Below are positions 1-7,684 of a DNA stretch of 13,000 nt, one piece after another. Source of the stretch: Promethearchaeota archaeon (GTDB taxonomy: Archaea > Asgardarchaeota > Lokiarchaeia > Sigyniarchaeales > SOKP01); assembly GCA_048938445.1 (NCBI GenBank), contig JBHLME010000125.1:1-13000 (forward strand), written 5' to 3'. The first letter of the stretch is position 1. Each line of letters opens with the position of its first letter. A model generated the notes under the pieces. The model saw only the letters and a list, made by a program, of their open reading frames with translations. It was not told the DNA's origin and searched no databases. The position numbers and the translations under genes are program-made.

Positions 1-71
1 TAATAGACAATAGTTGGGAAATAGGGATTAAACAACATCTAATAAGTATGGAGTCAATATGTATTAAATAA
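1..71 (+). CDS. Possible 3' end of an upstream gene (partial, ...IDNSWEIGIKQHLISMESICIK*)
   Basis: Frame starting at position 3 is open from the window edge to TAA at 69-71 and converges on the next gene. Too short to confirm. Confidence 0.25.
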   Translation, partial: IDNSWEIGIKQHLISMESICIK

Positions 72-77
72 ATTATT

Positions 78-85
78 AAAAAAAA
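78..85 (-). terminator. Possible archaeal oligo-T terminator for the minus-strand membrane protein gene
   Basis: A8 run on + (T8 on -) about 30 nt downstream of the stop at 117. Such runs are common in AT-rich DNA. Confidence 0.25.
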
Positions 86-116
86 GATTAAATGATTTAT
101 ATTTTATTTAATGGAA

Positions 117-647
117 TTAATAGCTTTTTGATTTACCTGCGATTAATGCCACTAATACTGTCAATAATCCGTATATGATTGTGTTAAAAATTCCTCTAAG
201 GACAATCCATATCATAGCATCTTCAAAGCTAGTGGTATATGAACCTGTTATCAAATATATAACTCCTTGAACATTAAAGGCTGCAATACCAATTAGTATA
301 ATTAAAATAATGCATGTTATTACCCATCCGATAATTGCATTTTTTATACTTCCTCCAGCAATTCCTGCGATTATAGCTCCACCTATTATAGCAACTAACA
401 TTAATCCAAACCTTAAATTATCTCCATTGTTATATACATCACTATTTATCCATCCCACTATATCCCATGGAAAATGTCCCATCGGTTGGGCTAATCTATA
501 GCATAAATAATACGGATTTGCTGCAATCGCATTAAATTGAGCTTCTATAGATCCTTCAATTGCATTTGCTATAATAAAAAATAGAAAATTCATCAAAAGG
601 ATAAAAAGTAAACTAAATCCAAATGCTAAACCAATACTTTTTCGCAT
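117..647 (-). CDS. Hypothetical integral membrane protein (about 4 TM helices, 176 aa)
   Basis: Hydrophobic segments LAFGFSLLFILLMNFLFFII, FGLMLVAIIGGAIIAGIAGG, AIIGWVITCIILIILIGIAAF and IFNTIIYGLLTVLVALIAG. The track's start at 656 is a GTG inside an SD-like GAGGTGA, so the ATG at 647, 5 nt downstream of that motif, is the more likely start. Confidence 0.8.
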   Translation of the reverse strand: MRKSIGLAFGFSLLFILLMNFLFFIIANAIEGSIEAQFNAIAANPYYLCYRLAQPMGHFPWDIVGWINSDVYNNGDNLRFGLMLVAIIGGAIIAGIAGGSIKNAIIGWVITCIILIILIGIAAFNVQGVIYLITGSYTTSFEDAMIWIVLRGIFNTIIYGLLTVLVALIAGKSKSY

Positions 648-652
648 ATTAT

Positions 653-659
653 TCACCTC
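653..659 (-). promoter_or_regulatory. Shine-Dalgarno-like site GAGGTGA
   Basis: + strand tcacctc reads GAGGTGA on the - strand, 5 nt before the ATG at 647. Confidence 0.6.
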
Positions 660-827
660 GCTTATAAAACGATGGTTTCCGTGAAAAAATTAAAACCACA
701 TTTCATATCATTCAAATATGATAAGATATACATTTTAAGAAAAGATAGTATATAAAATTTATAGATCAAATATGAATTTATTATTTATTTAAAGAAAATT
801 TTTTAACAATAAGGATTTATTCTATTT

Positions 828-1529
828 ATGAAAAAAGATGAATTAAAAACCTTTAATTCTAAGTTCCTAAGCAATTCTGATGTTAAAATTATTGAGGCTC
901 AACAATATCCAAGAGAGACTACCTCAATTAATTTTAAAACGGGTACAACCACTGTGGGATTAACCTGTAAGGATGCCGTAGTTTTAGGGACGGATAAAAG
1001 AGCCACTATGGCTTATTTTATAGCTAGTAAGACAGCCGAAAAACTTCATAAGATTCAAGATCACCTTTGGATGACAATCGCGGGATCAGTTGCAGACGCT
1101 CAATACCTAATTGATGTTTTAAGAGCTGAAACAACACTGTATCAATTAGCGAAAGAAAAACCCATTAAGGTTAAAAGTGCGGGACAAATGTTATCTAACA
1201 TTCTATATCAAAGTAAAATGTTTCCTTATCAAGTAGGGCATATTCTTGGTGGAGTTACAGAAGAAGAGGGACCAGTTCTTTTAAATATTGGAGCATATGG
1301 TTCTATATTACCAGAAAAATTTTGTGCTGTGGGAAGCGGTCAAAATTTCTCCTATGGTGTATTAGAGGCAAAATATAAAGATGATTTAAGTCCAGAAGAA
1401 GGAAAGTCTATAGTAAAAAAAGCAGTCACATCCTCAATAATTCGAGATATGGCTTCTGGTAATGGAATCGATATAGTAGTAGTTAAAAAAGATGCCCCTG
1501 CTGAAAGAGAATTTATCCCTATAAAATAA
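828..1529 (+). CDS. psmB: 20S proteasome beta subunit (Ntn threonine protease), catalytically intact
   Basis: Autocleavage site KTG|TTTVG (Thr1 codon at 945). Mature Asp17 and Lys33 are in place (GTDKRAT...AEKLH), as are MTIAGSVADAQ, VGSG and RDMASG. Confidence 0.97.
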   Translation: MKKDELKTFNSKFLSNSDVKIIEAQQYPRETTSINFKTGTTTVGLTCKDAVVLGTDKRATMAYFIASKTAEKLHKIQDHLWMTIAGSVADAQYLIDVLRAETTLYQLAKEKPIKVKSAGQMLSNILYQSKMFPYQVGHILGGVTEEEGPVLLNIGAYGSILPEKFCAVGSGQNFSYGVLEAKYKDDLSPEEGKSIVKKAVTSSIIRDMASGNGIDIVVVKKDAPAEREFIPIK

Positions 1530-1730
1530 TTCTTCTTTATATCAAAAACTTTTAAATTAAGGCAATTCGTATTCATAATTATTTTTTTCCAAACTAAAAA
1601 TTTAAAAGAGATGATTTAGATAAACTTTTTTAGTGAGATGTTGTTTTAAACATATAACACTTTAATACTCTATATAAATACACATCATTCAATTAATACT
1701 TGGTTAAAGCTAAAGAAGTGAAATAGGGAG

Positions 1731-2453
1731 ATGTCTTACAAAATATTAGTAGATTTATCACATGGAGAAAAAGTAGAATTTCCTGAAGATTCATTAAGTG
1801 AAGATGATTATAGCGTTGAATATATAGATAAAAACGAAGGACCTATCAATTTTGATATTTTAGAAGATGCTGATATTTTATTTATTGGGAACATTCAACA
1901 TGAAAAAAATAATAAAAATGATAAATTTTCACCAGAGGAATTAACCGCAATTAAAAAATTTGTCGGAGAAGGTGGTGGTTTATTTTTAACATCGGGATCT
2001 GGAGGAGATAATGACATAGCTATGAAACAAGGATCCATCCGAGTTTTATATAAAATAACTGGGGTGAGACGATTTTGGAATGGAACAATCATAGAAGCAG
2101 GAACTAATTTTTTAGTTAATAGAGAAAATGTATTAGTTACTGAATTTTTTACCCATCCAATTATGGATGGTATTTCCGAATTGGTGTTTCCTAATTGCAC
2201 TTTTTTCACGCTTACTGAAGATGTTGATGACCTTATCAATACTTCTGAAAAAACTGAATTTGTATATGCAAATAATGAAAGGGGTAGTATTGGGCAAGTA
2301 CCAATATGCGTCGTGTCCAAATTTTATGATGGGAGGTGCGTTACTCTTGGTTCTTCTGACATCCTCCTAGAAGACAATGATTTTGGATTGGATGCGGGGG
2401 ATAATCTTAAATTCATAGAAAACATAGTTAAATGGCTCACTTTCGAGGAATAA
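1731..2453 (+). CDS. Stand-alone GIFT-like (GldG/IFT52, DUF4350-type, class I GATase-like fold) domain protein, acidic, no signal peptide
   Basis: ILVDLSHGE at the N-terminus, FSPEELTAIKKFVGEGGGLFL, THPIMDGISEL, and GRCVTLGSSDIL...DNLKFIENIVKWL at the C-terminus match the GIFT pattern. GGGAG lies immediately before the ATG. Confidence 0.7.
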   Translation: MSYKILVDLSHGEKVEFPEDSLSEDDYSVEYIDKNEGPINFDILEDADILFIGNIQHEKNNKNDKFSPEELTAIKKFVGEGGGLFLTSGSGGDNDIAMKQGSIRVLYKITGVRRFWNGTIIEAGTNFLVNRENVLVTEFFTHPIMDGISELVFPNCTFFTLTEDVDDLINTSEKTEFVYANNERGSIGQVPICVVSKFYDGRCVTLGSSDILLEDNDFGLDAGDNLKFIENIVKWLTFEE

Positions 2454-2478
2454 ATATAATTATAGAATAATCCTTAGT

Positions 2479-3591
2479 ATGGTCTTTAAATATATCAGAC
2501 CTGATGCAAAATCAGTTTGGGAAGATAAAGAGATTTTATCAAGATTTAATCATTATAAGGGGATTTTAGATGGAACACGTATAGCACGATATTTAATTGC
2601 CAAGTCCTTGGAATGCAATTTCAATTCAACTGATTCTTTAGAAAACCTCGAAAAGCTTTTTAAAGAAAAATCCAAGGAATTCAAGGAATTATTAAAAGAA
2701 AATCAAGATATTCTAAAGAAACGTGAAATCAAAACAAACTCTTACATTAATCTATCCGAGCATATTGCACTTAAATATCTTGAAAATTGCATATTCTGCG
2801 AAAGAAAATGTGGCATTAATAGATCCCAAGATGAGAAAGGTTATTGTCTCGTGCCAAAAGAATCTTATATTTCATCTGCTTTTCTGCATCACGGTGAAGA
2901 AGCACCACTTGTTCCTTCAGGCACTATTTTTTTCCAAGGATGTAATTTCGGATGTGTTTTTTGTCAGAATTATGACATTTCACAAGCATGGAAAGGAAGA
3001 AGAAATATTGAAGATATATCTCAAAAAGTCGATTCCGGGAGTTTAGCCGATATTGCAGAAAGGTTGGCTGAAAAAGGGGCTCTAAATATCAATTATGTTG
3101 GTGGGGATCCCATTCCAAATATTCATACAATCATTGGAAGTTTAAGATATCAAAATTCTAATATTTGTCAGTTATGGAATTCAAATTTTTATTTATCTGA
3201 TGAAGGTTTGTCTTTAATAATCGATCTAATGGATTTTTGGTTACCTGATTTCAAATATGGTAATAATAAATGTGGTGAAAAATATTCTGGTGTGAAAAAT
3301 TATTTTGATATAATATCGCGCAATCATAAAAGAATCCACTATGAGGGGAGTGGTGAAATTATAATAAGACATTTAGTAATGCCAAATCATGTCGAATGTT
3401 GTTCAAAACCTATTTTAAATTTTGTTGCACGAGAGATTCCAAAATGCGTGGTCAATATTATGGGCCAATTTCGACCAGAATTTCACAGTTATGAGTATCC
3501 TGAGATAAATCGAAGACCTAATTCAGAAGAAATGAATGAAGTTAAACATCATGCAGATAATTTAGGTATTCTTTATAAGCCCGTATCGTAA
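2479..3591 (+). CDS. Radical SAM Fe-S protein, PflX (pyruvate formate lyase activating-like) family
   Basis: CxxxCxxC in GCNFGCVFCQN, an extra Cys cluster CIFCERKCGINR...GYC, plus HHGEE, PSGTIFF, NINYVGGDP, LPDFKYGN, IIRHLVMPNH and NIMGQFRP. Confidence 0.88.
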   Translation: MVFKYIRPDAKSVWEDKEILSRFNHYKGILDGTRIARYLIAKSLECNFNSTDSLENLEKLFKEKSKEFKELLKENQDILKKREIKTNSYINLSEHIALKYLENCIFCERKCGINRSQDEKGYCLVPKESYISSAFLHHGEEAPLVPSGTIFFQGCNFGCVFCQNYDISQAWKGRRNIEDISQKVDSGSLADIAERLAEKGALNINYVGGDPIPNIHTIIGSLRYQNSNICQLWNSNFYLSDEGLSLIIDLMDFWLPDFKYGNNKCGEKYSGVKNYFDIISRNHKRIHYEGSGEIIIRHLVMPNHVECCSKPILNFVAREIPKCVVNIMGQFRPEFHSYEYPEINRRPNSEEMNEVKHHADNLGILYKPVS

Positions 3592-3688
3592 TGAATTAAA
3601 GAAAATCGAAAAATCTATAAATAATTAAGTATTTTCAAAATCAATTAACTGTAATTTAACTACTAAATTTTAATGAAATTGTATTAAA

Positions 3689-4795
3689 ATGACACCTACA
3701 TTAGAAGAAGTAAAGGGTTTAGGCAATAAAATTTCAGTTATCAAAGATGCAGGGATAGATTCTGTAGAAAAGTTAGCTGAGGCAAAAGTGGAAGATTTAA
3801 CAAATCTAAAAGGAATAGGACAAGCAACTGCGGAAAAATTGATCAATAATGCAAAAGAATTAATTCAAGAAGTAGATGTTTCTGGAGAAAAAACAACTAA
3901 TAAAAAATCTGAAGAGCCGATAGATGATAAAAAAGTTCAAGAAGAATTAAAGAAATTAGAACAAAAGAAAAAATCTCTTCAAGGGAAAAGAGTCGAAAAG
4001 GGTGATTTTATTCTAGTAAAAATAACTGCAAAAACTCAGAAGGGCAAAATATTTCGAGTATCTTCAGAAGAAGACGCAAGAAAAGCGGGGATTTACAATG
4101 AAGAAAATGCAAAACGAGGATATTATGAACCTGACTTTGTAATTGTAGGAAAACCCGGTTTTTTAAACGAGGGACTTACTGAAACCATTGAAAATATGAA
4201 CTTTTTTGAAAAAAAATCTGTAAGGATTCCTCCTAATAAAGCTTTTGGAAAACGAGATCCAAGTAAAATTGAAAGAATAGGAATTGCTAAATTCAGGAAG
4301 TTAAATGAGGGTAAAAATCCCGAGTTTGGACAAGAATTTGTTAAGAAAGGAACTGGTCAAAGAGGAACAGTAACAAATATAATGCAAGGAAAAGTCATCA
4401 TAGATTATAATCACCCTTTAGCAGGGCAAACTATTGATTATAACTTAGAAATTATTGATAAGATCGAAAATTTTAATGATAAAATCAAATATTTTATGTT
4501 TAATAAAGGGATACCTAAAGATAATGTCGAGGATTTTAAGATTAATTATGATAAAAGTGATAAATCACTAGAGATCATCATACCTAAAATGTTCCTGTTT
4601 CAAGATCTTACTTATATAAAATTTGGTCTTGCAATGGACTTGCAAACCAACATGACTGATGATGTAGATGATGTCAAGTTCATTGAGATTTTTGAAAAAA
4701 TGCCAATTCCAACAACACCAGTAGATTCGGTAATGCAAAAAGTTGAAGACTATAATAAAGAACATCATCATGAGCATGATCATGACAATGATTAA
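3689..4795 (+). CDS. Archaeal long-type FKBP peptidyl-prolyl isomerase (SlyD/FKBP26-like) with N-terminal helix-hairpin-helix domain and His-rich tail
   Basis: FKBP motifs VEKGDFILV, IPPNKAFGKRD and IDYNHPLAGQTIDYNLEI, followed by a C-terminal domain. The N-terminus has LEEVKGLG...LTNLKGIGQATAEKL (tandem HhH), and the protein ends EHHHEHDHDND. Confidence 0.88.
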   Translation: MTPTLEEVKGLGNKISVIKDAGIDSVEKLAEAKVEDLTNLKGIGQATAEKLINNAKELIQEVDVSGEKTTNKKSEEPIDDKKVQEELKKLEQKKKSLQGKRVEKGDFILVKITAKTQKGKIFRVSSEEDARKAGIYNEENAKRGYYEPDFVIVGKPGFLNEGLTETIENMNFFEKKSVRIPPNKAFGKRDPSKIERIGIAKFRKLNEGKNPEFGQEFVKKGTGQRGTVTNIMQGKVIIDYNHPLAGQTIDYNLEIIDKIENFNDKIKYFMFNKGIPKDNVEDFKINYDKSDKSLEIIIPKMFLFQDLTYIKFGLAMDLQTNMTDDVDDVKFIEIFEKMPIPTTPVDSVMQKVEDYNKEHHHEHDHDND

Positions 4796-4843
4796 ATAAT
4801 CTTATCTCTATTTGATTTAAAAATTATATAAAATAATAAATAT

Positions 4844-5818
4844 TTAAAATTTAGAGATTAATTCTTTTTTCTTCTCTTTTTCCCTCTTATATTCAATTTT
4901 TTTTCTTTTATATATAGCATGTTTTGCATGAAATTGTTCTTTTCTTTTTAGTGATTTCTTTTTTCGTTTTAAAAATTCTTCTTTAGCTTTTTTATATTCT
5001 TTTTTCGCTTTTTTATACTCTTTCTTTGTTAATTTATATTTTTTATATTTTTTTTTTATTTCTTGTCTCAAGTTTTTCCTAAGTTTATGAATTCCCATAC
5101 TCCGTAGTTGTTTTTTAAATTGTTCTAATGATTCAAATTTAATAACTATCATTCCCAATTCCCTCGCAGGAATGAGATTACTCAGTTTATCATCAATAAA
5201 AACACATCTATTGGGTTTTGTATCTAAATTTTGTAGAACATGCTTATATTTTTCGAGATCTGGTTTGAAATACCCTATCTCATTTGATAAAAACACGTGA
5301 TCAAAAATCTCAAAAAATCCCCTAAGTTCATTTGATTTCGCATGAATATCATATGTATTTGACATTAGACTCACAATATATCCTGCCCCATGCAATCTCT
5401 GAATTATTTCTTCCATTTCAGAAGATAATTTAGCTAATTTGGAATATAAATTAAACCAAATTTCTAAATAATAATCAATATTAACTTTTTTTGGTGGTAA
5501 GGATCCATTTTTTTTTTGATATGGATAGTAATACTTATCCAACAACTTTTCTAAGAATTCTCGAGAATCAATAATCCCTGCTACGGTTTGCCTACGCAAT
5601 TTTTTGATAAATAATGATTCCTCCCTACGTGGGATTCTTATTTTTAAATCTGATTCAATAATACTAAATAGATTCTTTAAAACGAAAGTTTTTTCAACTA
5701 ATACTCCACCAAAATCAAATATGAAATGTTTTATCTTATATAATTTAACCTTTTGCTTTCTTAAAACGGGAGGATTATTTAACAATTCTAAGTCAATTAT
5801 TTCCTTTTTTTTGCTCAT
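4844..5818 (-). CDS. HAD-superfamily phosphatase (subfamily IA, YihX-like) with Lys-rich C-terminal extension
   Basis: Motif I FIFDFGGVL, motif II LMSNT, motif III KPD and motif IV FIDD. The last 81 aa are highly basic. The start overlaps the upstream ATP-grasp gene by 26 nt. Confidence 0.88.
   Translation of the reverse strand: MSKKKEIIDLELLNNPPVLRKQKVKLYKIKHFIFDFGGVLVEKTFVLKNLFSIIESDLKIRIPRREESLFIKKLRRQTVAGIIDSREFLEKLLDKYYYPYQKKNGSLPPKKVNIDYYLEIWFNLYSKLAKLSSEMEEIIQRLHGAGYIVSLMSNTYDIHAKSNELRGFFEIFDHVFLSNEIGYFKPDLEKYKHVLQNLDTKPNRCVFIDDKLSNLIPARELGMIVIKFESLEQFKKQLRSMGIHKLRKNLRQEIKKKYKKYKLTKKEYKKAKKEYKKAKEEFLKRKKKSLKRKEQFHAKHAIYKRKKIEYKREKEKKKELISKF
4986..5027. repeat. Imperfect 21-bp tandem repeat (2 copies) encoding KKEYKKA heptads in the HAD tail
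   Basis: gcttttttatattcttttttc followed by gcttttttatactctttcttt. The protein reads TKKEYKKAKKEYKKAKEEF. Confidence 0.6.
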
Positions 5819-6614
5819 ATTTCTTTATTTCATTTTTGTTTAGATATTTTACTTGATTTAAAATAATATCACAAATTTTGGGACATGGATCATCTCCTTG
5901 TTTCCAGTTAGTGAATTCTGGAAAATTACCCGTATCTACAACTAATATTTGGCCTGTAGAATCTTCTTTAATGACATCTAAATGGCCAAATGAGATATGA
6001 TGACATCTTTTCCATTTTTTAACAATGTCTTTTATTTCTTCTGTAGGAGTAATTTCTTTCATTTTTACATGTTCATTGCTCAAAGGAGGCTTTTCAGAAA
6101 CCGAGATTTCATTTCCTATAAAATAAATGATATAATGAGTCCCTTTAATTTCATGTTCATAATATATAACACTATTATCTACAGAATTTAAATCTTGAAT
6201 GGATCTAATTATTTTAACGTCTTTACTTCCAGAATCCATTAATGACTTCGAAACGATAGGAAAGTCGCTCTCTTTGAGATTTTTTTTTAACATCTCTACC
6301 GAGGATACGTAAAATTCTGGAGATTTTAAACCTGCTTGTTGAATTAAATAATGAGCGTCAATTCTATATTTATGCTTAAAAGTAAGATAAGGATCTGGAT
6401 ATATTGGTATATTATTTTCCTTTATGAAGTATCCTGCATATAAATAAATGAGTTGTTTTGATTTTAAAATAAAAAAATCATGTTTTAACAAATCATCATT
6501 AATACATAAATCGTTTGAGGTATAGATCCTAACTTCATGACCTAAATCATTATAATATTGTTTAATTCTTCCAGATAATGATTTTGTTCGTTTTGATAGA
6601 ATTCCTATATCCAT
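5793..6614 (-). CDS. ATP-grasp protein, divergent ITPK1-like paralog (degenerate motifs)
   Basis: AGLKSPEF, FPIVSKSLMDSGSKDVKII, GHLDVI and LVVDTGNFPEF. The ATP-grasp fold is clear, but the specific function is uncertain. Confidence 0.72.
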   Translation of the reverse strand: MDIGILSKRTKSLSGRIKQYYNDLGHEVRIYTSNDLCINDDLLKHDFFILKSKQLIYLYAGYFIKENNIPIYPDPYLTFKHKYRIDAHYLIQQAGLKSPEFYVSSVEMLKKNLKESDFPIVSKSLMDSGSKDVKIIRSIQDLNSVDNSVIYYEHEIKGTHYIIYFIGNEISVSEKPPLSNEHVKMKEITPTEEIKDIVKKWKRCHHISFGHLDVIKEDSTGQILVVDTGNFPEFTNWKQGDDPCPKICDIILNQVKYLNKNEIKKYEQKKGNN

Positions 6615-6627
6615 TTTTTATTACTAC

Positions 6628-7437
6628 TCATTTTTTAGCTTTTGATATGAGATAATCTCCAACAATTTTAGGTCCATTTTCCATATAATTAAAATTTGGA
6701 GAGGAATTAATATCTGTCAAGAAAAATTTACCTTCCTTTGATTTAAGAAAATCTACTGAGGTTATTTTTAAATCCAAAACATCCATTGCTTTAAATACTA
6801 ATTCTCCGATTTCAGGGATCTCCACGATTTTTCTTCGGCTCTCCATTTTATTTGGATTTACCATTACAGGAATCTGCTTATAATAGAACAATTCCTCTCC
6901 AACACCATATATTTTGTATTCCCATTTACTTTTGATAAATTCTTGATAAAAAAAATAATGAGAAAAAAAAATTTTTTCCTTTATTGCTCTCCTATCCATT
7001 ACATGCAAAAATCCATTCTCTTTCTTTATTTCAGGTTCAAAACTATAATTTTTTTGGTCTATAATATTTTTAGAAATATAATCTTTAAAATTAGGCGGAA
7101 TTTTTTCTGGATTTAAAGTGAAATGTGGAACAGGAATGCCTGCCTTTTGTAATAATGTAGAATTGATGAATCTGTGTAAAGCTGTCCATATTCCTTTATA
7201 AGAATTGATAACTGGAATAGAAGTTTCATTTTCTAGTATTTTTACCATCGCTAAAATAATATCTCCTTTAGCTTTGACAAAAAACAGATTTTCATCGTAT
7301 TTTAATTTAGAATGGTTTAGAAGATATTCTTCTTCGATATAAAAACTTAATTTTGCCTTTGTTCTCAAATATTTAATAAGTTCAGAACTCTTTCGTTCCA
7401 AATGGTATTTATCGGTTATTATTCCGAGATTTATCAA
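6628..7437 (-). CDS. ATP-grasp protein, ITPK1-like/RimK-like (TTG start)
   Basis: IPVINS, AGIPVP, YQEFI...EYKIYGVG, ITSVDFL and FLTDINSSPNF. Lies 13 nt upstream of the next minus-strand gene, consistent with an operon. Confidence 0.78.
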   Translation of the reverse strand: MINLGIITDKYHLERKSSELIKYLRTKAKLSFYIEEEYLLNHSKLKYDENLFFVKAKGDIILAMVKILENETSIPVINSYKGIWTALHRFINSTLLQKAGIPVPHFTLNPEKIPPNFKDYISKNIIDQKNYSFEPEIKKENGFLHVMDRRAIKEKIFFSHYFFYQEFIKSKWEYKIYGVGEELFYYKQIPVMVNPNKMESRRKIVEIPEIGELVFKAMDVLDLKITSVDFLKSKEGKFFLTDINSSPNFNYMENGPKIVGDYLISKAKK

Positions 7438-7684
7438 TTAGATATTCATCCTTAGCTATATATATGAACAATCGAATTATTATACTAATATTAAATACAT
7501 ACACATTATCTCATTTAAATTCAATTATAATGAATAATAGATGTGTAATTAACTTCAGTTTTCAGAAGTCTTAATAAGTCCAAAAAAGTGAATTATTTTG
7601 CTATAGTACAATTATTAGTCCTAAGGAATAGATTTATATATTTTACCTTATATATAAAAAGACAATAGATTTGAGGATTTTTCG
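7438..7684. promoter_or_regulatory. Divergent promoter region between ATP-grasp genes
   Basis: 247-nt noncoding gap between divergent starts. TATA-like TTTATATA at 7633-7640 and TTATATATAAAA near 7648-7659, with SD-like GAGGA at 7673-7677. Confidence 0.5.

Noticed and set aside
310-501. 63-aa + strand ORF
   Set aside because: Antisense shadow of the membrane protein gene.
673-721. Short inverted repeats TGGTTT/AAACCA and TCATAT/ATATGA upstream of the membrane protein gene
   Set aside because: 6-bp arms are expected by chance in AT-rich DNA.
1352-3046. ORFs 1352-1576 (-), 1895-2320 (-), 2167-2370 (+) and 2723-3046 (+)
   Set aside because: They overlap well-supported genes in antisense or alternate frames and have no recognisable motifs.
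4860-5060. T-rich low-complexity tract considered as a repeat array or CRISPR
   Set aside because: Explained by Lys codons on the minus strand, with no repeat-spacer structure.
4568-6191. ORFs 4568-4783 (-), 5604-5843 (+) and 5997-6191 (+)
   Set aside because: Antisense shadows of the FKBP, HAD and ATP-grasp genes.
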